This document shows positions 55,927 through 64,000 of a stretch of DNA of 64,000 bases, piece after piece. The notes below the pieces were generated by a model. The model saw only the letters and a program-made list of their open reading frames with translations, had not been told where the DNA came from and made no database searches. Made by a program: the position numbers and the translations under genes. Positions within the stretch are counted from its first letter, which is position 1. Each line of letters starts with the position of its first letter. The DNA comes from Eledone cirrhosa (lineage: Eukaryota), in assembly GCA_964016885.1 (NCBI GenBank), contig OZ024763.1:30566001-30630000 (forward strand), read 5' to 3'.

Positions 55927-58900
55927 TATATATATATATATATACACAGGGGCTGTGGTGTATATATGTATGTATATATACAAGGGCAAATTGTGGTGTA
56001 TATAAGTATGTATATATGTACAGGGGCAAATTGTGGTGTAGATATGTATGTGTAATATATATATATATATACACAGGGGTCGTGTGGAAGCATTTCTGAA
56101 TTGGGTTGGGGAGGTGGGGGGGGGGGGGGCAAATTTGTTCGATTTAGTTGCAGTGATTAGTTTGTTTAGCTGTTATTATCAAATATCAACCAAGATATTA
56201 AATACTTTGATATGTGGTAAAACATAACATGTATATAAATTGTAGCAAAAAATGTACAAATAGAGGTTTGGGGGTTTGGGGAGAAAAATATATAATTATT
56301 GGGGGAGCTATGGCATGGCATGACCCCCTTAACTCACCAGTTCTACTGCCCCTGGTGTGTATATATCGACATTTATATATATACCCCCCCCCCCCCACCC
56401 ACTCTCAAGCGTGAAACTAAAAACAATATCATTTGTACTGCTTCTCTGTTTTTTGTTCTCTGTTCATTTATTAACTATATAATGGAGGCACATGGCTTAG
56501 TGGTTAGAGCATTGGCCTTGCAATCGAAAGGTTGTGAGTTCAAAATCAGACCGGGTGATGTGTTGTTTCCTTGAGCAAGAGACTTTATTTCACATTGCTC
56601 CAGTTTACTCAGCTGTAGAAATGAGATGATAGGGACTGGGGTCCCTATCATTCCACTGCAAAGTGGTCATGGAAGTGTCACGGCAAAAAAGCACCCAGCC
56701 CACACTGTAAATTGGACGTGTAGGTGCCACGGAAAAAAAGCACCCATCACTCACTGTAAATGAGGTTGGTGTTAGGAAGGGCCTCCAGCTGGAGGCCCTT
56801 CTAGAAATCAAGCCAGAATCAATTCCTGTCCCACCCTTGCAAGCAGGGAAAAGTGGACGTAAAATGATGATATATATATGCCAGATACAGTCCTATACGA
56901 GTAAGACAGGGTCACCCAATCAATTTTGTCTCAAGTGGGACAATTCCCATCTAACCCATACTAGGGTGGAAGAATGATGTTAAACGATGATGATGATGAT
57001 ATTATATATCCAGTACATTTTGTTAATTTACCACAAATTCTAAATTTAGACAGCTTGTTTATTATCAACAGTTAAATCTAGTCAACAACTTTATATTTTG
57101 TATTTTAAAAATATCTTAGTTATACATGCCCACACCACCCTTTCTCTGTAAAGTTATGTTGGAACCACAAAGCACCCAGCCCACACTGTAAAGTGATCAT
57201 GTAGGTGTCATAACAAAAAGCACCCAGCCCACTCTGTAAAGTGATCATGTAGGTGTCATAACAAAAAGCACCCAGCCCACACTGTAAATTGGTTATGTAG
57301 GTGTCACGACAAAAAGCACCCAGTCCAGACTGTAAAGTGGTCTTGTAGGTGTCATGACAAAAAGCACCCAGTCCACACTGTAAAGTAGGTGTCACAGTAA
57401 GTTAGCACCCAGCATACACTGTAAAGTGGTAGTGTAGGTGTCACGACAAAAAGCACCCAGTCCACACTGTAAAGTGGTTGTGTAGGTGTCACGACAAAAA
57501 GCACCCAGTCCAGACTGTAAAGTGGTCTTGTAGGTGACACGACAAAAAGCACCCAGTCCACACTGTAAAGTGGTTGTGTAGGTGTCACGACAAAAGTGTC
57601 CAATCCACACTGTAAAGTGATCATGTAGGAGACACAGTAAAAAGCACCCAGCACACACTGTAAATGTGGTTGGCGCTAGGAAGGCATCCAGCCGTAGAAA
57701 ACCTGCCAGATACAGTCCTATAGAAGTGAGACATAGTCACCTGACCCAATAAATAGCACCTAGTTCACTCTGTAAGGTGGTCGTACTGGTGCCATGATAA
57801 AAAGCTCCCAGTCCACCCTGTAAGGTGGTCATACTGGTGCCACGGCAAAAAGCACCTAGTTCACCCTGTAAACTCATAGATTTGATATTATGTGAGGTAA
57901 AGCCTTTACTGCGAAACTACAATAGTATATATAGAGTAATGTGAATGCTAAAGGGTTAAATAGATAGCTGGAGAGCGGCTGAGAAATGAGAAAAGTCTTA
58001 CACAGCATAGAAGAACAGACATTGAATGATGATGATGATACACTCAGTCCATAAACAAGGAAGTAAATCTTATTTATTCCATCAGTAAAACAATGGATTA
58101 TGTATTAGTATAGTTAAATATAGTATATAATGTGTTTGGTCTACCTGTAACAATCCCCCTTAATCCAGTCTTTTGTCTTAGAAGATGTAATGAGTTCAGT
58201 CTTTTTGTTATTGTCATTATTATTATTGCTGTTATTATTATTATTAGTAGTATTATTTAAAGTAGCTTCATTTCAGAATGAGATGGTATTACCCTATTGG
58301 ATCGTTGTCTGCTTATGAGTAGACATGTCGAGAGATTTTTTTCTAACTTCTTCATCTTCAGCTCCTTCTTGTCTTTATCGTCTTCTTTGTCAGCTTTTCT
58401 TACTTTCTGTTTCTCTGTCATCTCTTTTTCGTCTCTCTTTCTTTATTTCTTTATCATCTTTTCTTCAATGCAAAAATCTTCTTCATTTCCTTCTCGCCAC
58501 TTAGTTCTTTCATCGACAACAATGAAAAGTGGTTTGTCTTTTTTTAAGAGATTAATGGTTGTCGGGAGTATGTTAGCCTCTGTTTGGCCTCTCTCTCTCG
58601 CTGTCTGTCTGCCTGTCTCTTGCTGTCTGTCTGTCCCTGTCTCTCGCTGTCTGTCTCTGTCTCTCGCTGTCTGTCTGTCTCTCATGGTCTGTCTCTCTTT
58701 CTGTTTGTCTGTCTCTCTGTGTTAATAACGATTGCTAATATAGGCACAAGGCCAGCGGGGGAAAAGTTGATTAAATCTACACCAGTCCGTTACTGGTACT
58801 TCATTTTATTGACCCCTGTAAGGATGAAAGGCAAAGCTAACCTTGGCGGGATTTGAACTCAATGTAAAGGACCATATCTATATGTCACAAAGCATGTTGT

Positions 58901-59094
58901 TCGATGCTCTACCAGTTGCTGCCAATCCACCACTCTTCTCTGTGTTAATAATAACTCTTTTTGTCAATTATTAATACATTATTCCTATTACTTAACTTGA
59001 GCCAGCTAATTTATCATTATATATTATTATCTGATTGTACTCAGATATTATCTGATTGTGCTTCAGATACTGCCGAGGTCATCTTGGGTCCCTT

Positions 59095-59445
59095 GGTTAA
59101 ATCTTCTTCTTGCTTACGAGACTGTAGTGTCATCTTGTTGTCACTCACCTGATCGAAACCAGGGATCAGAGATCAGTTTCCAGGGTTTACTATGAGAGGG
59201 TAGACAACTTGGGTTCCTTGGTTAAATCTAGTTTACGAGACTGTTGCTGTGTCATCTTGTCATTTACCTGATCAAAACTAGGGATCAGAGATCAGTTTCC
59301 AGGGTTTACTATGAGAGGGTAGACAACTTGGGTTCCTTGGTTAAATCTAGTTTACGAGACTGTTGCTGTGTCATCTTGTCATTTACCTGATCAAAACTAG
59401 AGATCAGTTTCCACGGTTTACTGTGAGAAGATCGACAACTTTGGA
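59095..59445. repeat. ~119-bp tandem repeat, about 3 copies
   Basis: TACGAGACTG...GTCATCTTGT...ACCTGATC.AAAC.AG..AGATCAGTTTCCA repeated. Confidence 0.8.
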
Positions 59446-60218
59446 CCTTTGGACCCATATATATATATATATATATGTATGTATGCATATATCATACACA
59501 AAACGCCAGCATCAACAGTTTTCCAAGAGATGTCAACATGAATAGACCTGTTATTTTTCTGTAAAAACATTTTTTCCAATTCCATCCCGCCTGTCTTTTC
59601 AATTTTTCTAATTTCTCATTCTTTCTTCTGATGAAGGACTAGCGTCCAAAACACTAAGACCCTCTCCCTGCTATATCAAGCATTAACCTAATTTATTGCT
59701 TCCATATACTGTACCGATTGTGTTATGCTCCGTTGGATGTGCAATGTCAATGTGCGTGAATGACCAAGCATAGACGAGTTGAGAAAGAAACTGGGAATAA
59801 GAGGGATAAGTTGTGATGTGCAGGAGAGAAGGCTGAGATGGTATAGACATGTGATGCGCATGGAGGATGACCGCTGGGTGAAGAAGTGCCAGGAAGTCCC
59901 AGTAGAAGGAAGACGCTGTAGAGGTAGACCACGAAAAACATGGGTGGAGGTGGTAAGAGCAGACCTCAAATCACGCAGGAGATGACAAAGGACCGTGACA
60001 AGTGGAGAGATGCTGTGCTGCATAGGACCCATCCAACCCTTGCAAGCAGGGAAAAGCAGACATAAAATGATGATGATATATACATATGTATGTGTATGAT
60101 ACATAGATGTGTATATGTTATTTATCAGCTTCTATAACTGTTGTTGTTGTTCTTGCTGCTGCTAAAAGTGTTGGATCATGATTAAAAGTGCAGGTCAAAA
60201 ACTAGTAACCCTCTTTGT

Positions 60219-60253
<35 letters not shown>

Positions 60254-60537
60254 GTGTCCTGCAAAAATGTGTACACACTTTGATTACCTGTACAGACATT
60301 ATTGGTGAATTGGCAGTATCGGTAGAGGGGCGGTGGCCATGCTTTGACGCATAGAGTTACGGCCCTTGCCATTCTGAGTTCAAATCCTGCCGAGGTTAAC
60401 TTTGCCTTTCATCCTTACGGGGTCGATAAAATAAAGTACCAGTAATTTACTGAGTAATTGCTGGCCTTGTGCCAAAAGTGGAAACAATTATTTATTAGAA
60501 TTCTGTTGAAGTGTGTATACATTTTTGAGGGACACTG

Positions 60538-60583
<46 letters not shown>

Positions 60584-61035
60584 CAGAGACAGAGAGAGAG
60601 AGAGAGTAATGGAGGCACATGGCTTAGTGGTTAGAGCATTGGCCTTGCAATCGAAAGGTTGTGAGTTCAATTCTCAGACCGGGTGATGTGTTGTTTCCTT
60701 GAGCAAGACACTTTATTTCACATTGCTCCAGTTTACTCAGCTGTAGAAATGAGATGATAGGGACTGGGGTCCCAATCATTCCACTGTAAAGTGGTCGTGG
60801 AGGTGCCACGGCAAAAAAGCACCCAGCATTCACTGTAAATGAGGTTGGTGTTAGGAAGGGCATCCAGCTGTAGAAATCAAGCCAGAACCAGTTCCCGTCC
60901 CACCCTTGCAGGCAGGGAAAAGTGGACGTAAAATGATGATGATGATGATATATATCCTGAAATTCCTCTTTCCCCTCTCTCCCTCCTCTCTCTCATTCTC
61001 TCTATTGCTCTCTGTCTCTCTCCTCTCTGTTGCTC

Positions 61036-61166
<131 letters not shown>

Positions 61167-61274
61167 GAAAATAGTCAGGACCTGGACGGCTGAGCTCCGG
61201 CTGTTTATACAGCTAGATCCTGATCTAGCTGTCGAAATGGCCGGAGCTCAGCCGTCGGGGTCCTGACTCTTTTC
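61167..61274. repeat. GC-rich 53-bp-stem hairpin; diverged copy of the right arm at ~61335-61390
   Basis: GAAAATAGTCAGGACC..GACGGCTGAGCTCCGG..ACAGCTAGATC-CT-GATCTAGCTGT..CCGGAGCTCAGCCGTC..GGTCCTGACT.TTTTC. Confidence 0.9.
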
Positions 61275-61903
61275 CTATTACACACTCTACTACTCTAAGT
61301 ATCGAGTACTCTGGTGCGTTATTATTTCAGTCCAGAAATAGCCGTCGAAACGGCTTGAGCTCTGCCGTTGGGTTTGTGACTCTTTTCCTATATATACGTA
61401 TATATATATTCTCTCTTTCTCTCTTACTGCTCCCCCGTTCTCTCTGTTTCTCTCACCTTCTTTCGCCCCCTCTGTCAGTTACACTTTCTCTCGACTGACC
61501 TCTTCCTCGCACTTCCACTCACTCACTCTCTGTTTCTCCCCTTCTCACTTCCTCCCGTTCGTTAGTAGTGGGGTTCTTTCTTTCTCACATCTCATTCACG
61601 TCGGACGGTCTGTTTTCTGACCGCTCATGAAATTCACCCAGCTTATGCTGACCGGATAACCATCATGTTGCTTGCTCTTTTCCAACCTTCGGTTTGCTTT
61701 TCCTTCTGTTGTTTGCTTGTCTCACTCACTTTACACGATTCACTTGTCCCAATAGCTTATTTTAGTTATTGCTCGCACCAACCTGAGGTATATGATTTTT
61801 TATGCGATGAAATACCAATGATGGTTGGCAAATCACTGATGAGGGACTAATTTTATAATATGTAACCCATGTGCAACCACGCAGTTTTCCTCTTTCTTCC
61901 ATG

Positions 61904-61935
<32 letters not shown>

Positions 61936-62557
61936 GTTTGTCTCTCTTTACTATATATGTATATATATATGTGCATATACAGGGCCTATGAGAGGGTGAT
62001 CTAGCCAGTACTTTGTTCCGGCGCCCAAGAGCAAAGAAGGCCTCTTTCCATACCAAACAGCCTGAAACTGTTCATGGATTTACATTAGAAAACTCTGTTT
62101 TAAAGTGTTTATATTTCATCTAAAAACTTTCCTTCATAATTTTGTGTAAACCTTTGTTAAGTTATGGTCCAAACATTATTTTAATCATAAAAGTAGTTAG
62201 TTATTTTACTACCCCCCCCCCCCACCCCCCCCCCCCTCCTCCCAAGTTCACAATTATTATTAAGATTATTTTAAAATTATAGGCAGTCTTTTCATTAAAA
62301 ATAATGAAAGAGAGAAAGTCTAGTCTTCATATTTCTCTAAAAACCTTGCATCATAATTTTCTTTAAGAACCTTTGTTATCTTCCAAATACCAGCTTAATT
62401 ACCAGAGAGTTATATTACTATATTACTAAATCCTTTATACACACACACGTGTGTGTGTGTATATGTGATTGTATATATAGATATAATTATATATATATAT
62501 ATATAATTATAATTCAAAATCTGAGCACAGGAGACAGACAGACTGTGTGTGTGTATA

Positions 62558-62606
<49 letters not shown>

Positions 62607-62733
62607 TACACACATACACACATACACACACACACATACACACACTCACACATGTATCACCATCATCATCATCATCATACGTCCGCTTCTCCCTGCTTGA
62701 TGATGATGATGATATATGTATATATATATTTGT

Positions 62734-62794
<61 letters not shown>

Positions 62795-62990
62795 CTGTAT
62801 ATGCATGTATTTTTATGTATCTGTGTGTGTGTATATGTATATATGTATATGTATGTCTGTATATATGTATGTATTTTTATGTAATCTGTGTGTGTGTGTG
62901 TATATATATATACATATATACACACACATACACACACACATATATATATGTATAATTCAAAAAGAGACAGACAGACTGTGTGTGTGTGTG

Positions 62991-63032
<42 letters not shown>

Positions 63033-63135
63033 GACATATCCACATACACACACATATTATCTCCTATATGCTCATTGACATGTTTTGTAAATCAGCTGCT
63101 ATCTTTTCTTTTAAACTGAACAAAGGAGTATAAAA

Positions 63136-63191
<56 letters not shown>

Positions 63192-64000
63192 GGCCGAAAC
63201 AAATGAGATCGTGTAGGTGTCACGACAAAAAAAACACACAGTCCACGCTGTAATGTGGCCGTGTAGGCAACACGGTAAAAACCTCCCAGACCCACACTGT
63301 AAATGTGGTTGGTGTTAGGAAGGGCATCCAACTGTAGAAAACCTGCCAGACTGTCCTATGCGAGCAAGACAATCACTCTTGCCTCAAGTGGGACTACCCC
63401 CGTCCAAACCCATGCAAGCGTGGAACACGGATGTTAAACGTTGATGATGATATATATATATATATTGTTGTCTCTAAATACCTATATATTTCTAGGAAAT
63501 GTTAACTCAGGCCACTCCCATTAACGCCTAGCCCACCATGTATCTTGGTTGTAAACATGTTTACATTTTGTTTCTATTTTTTTTCATTTTTCATTGGATT
63601 GTTTTTCTCACCCCACTCACCCCTCGCATGTCTATTTTAAAATCTCATGCAAGGTTAACCCTCTCATTGTTATGTTTCTAATACTGCTTGAGGTTTCCAA
63701 ATAATTTTTTTTTTTTAATAGTTTAAAATGTGGTGGGATTTAGTTAGTAATATAACTAGTTTTACCTGTTAATATAAATAAGTAAATAAGTGTTTCTACT
63801 TTTGGCACAAGGCCAGCAATAACCCAGTGTATTACTGGTACTTTATTTTATCGACCCCATAAGGATGAAAGGCAAAGTTAACCTCAGCGGGATTTGAACT
63901 CAGAATAGCAAGGGCCGTAACTTTATGCGTCAAAGCATGGCGTCCGACCCTCTACCGATACTGCCAATCTACCGAAGTAAATAAGTGGTAGATTATACAG

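Noticed and set aside
58290-58585. K/E/D-rich minus-strand coding-like stretch
   Set aside because: Stops in all three frames, no convincing acceptor/donor pair, purine-rich low complexity.

Overview
Eukaryotic, AT-rich, repeat-dominated DNA, most consistent with an octopus (coleoid cephalopod) genome. This is inferred from the very long (TA)n/(TATG)n/(CT)n microsatellites and the tRNA-derived SINE, RTE-LINE and MITE families present. There is no intact long ORF: nearly all ORFs in the supplied track are microsatellite read-through or degraded retrotransposon fragments (RTE, CR1, CRE-like RLE, probable Penelope-like). Host-gene signals are limited to a few candidate exons: a minus-strand first exon at ~813-934, two related ETS-led first-exon modules at ~24080 and ~25865, an open exon at 37572-37686 and a possible 4-nt microexon at 46642. 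Most notable observations: (1) a ~10-unit tandem array of complete Pol III-type tRNA-like transcription units with variable anticodon-position triplets (16545-18110); (2) a type I hammerhead-like motif at 29495-29542 plus degenerate relatives; (3) a duplicated bipartite RTE-derived element with an HDV-like 5' motif; (4) several long foldback palindromes, most in or beside (TA)n tracts; (5) a 24-copy 79-bp minisatellite with higher-order structure built from a retrotransposon endonuclease coding segment. Coordinates were read by eye and boundaries are approximate.
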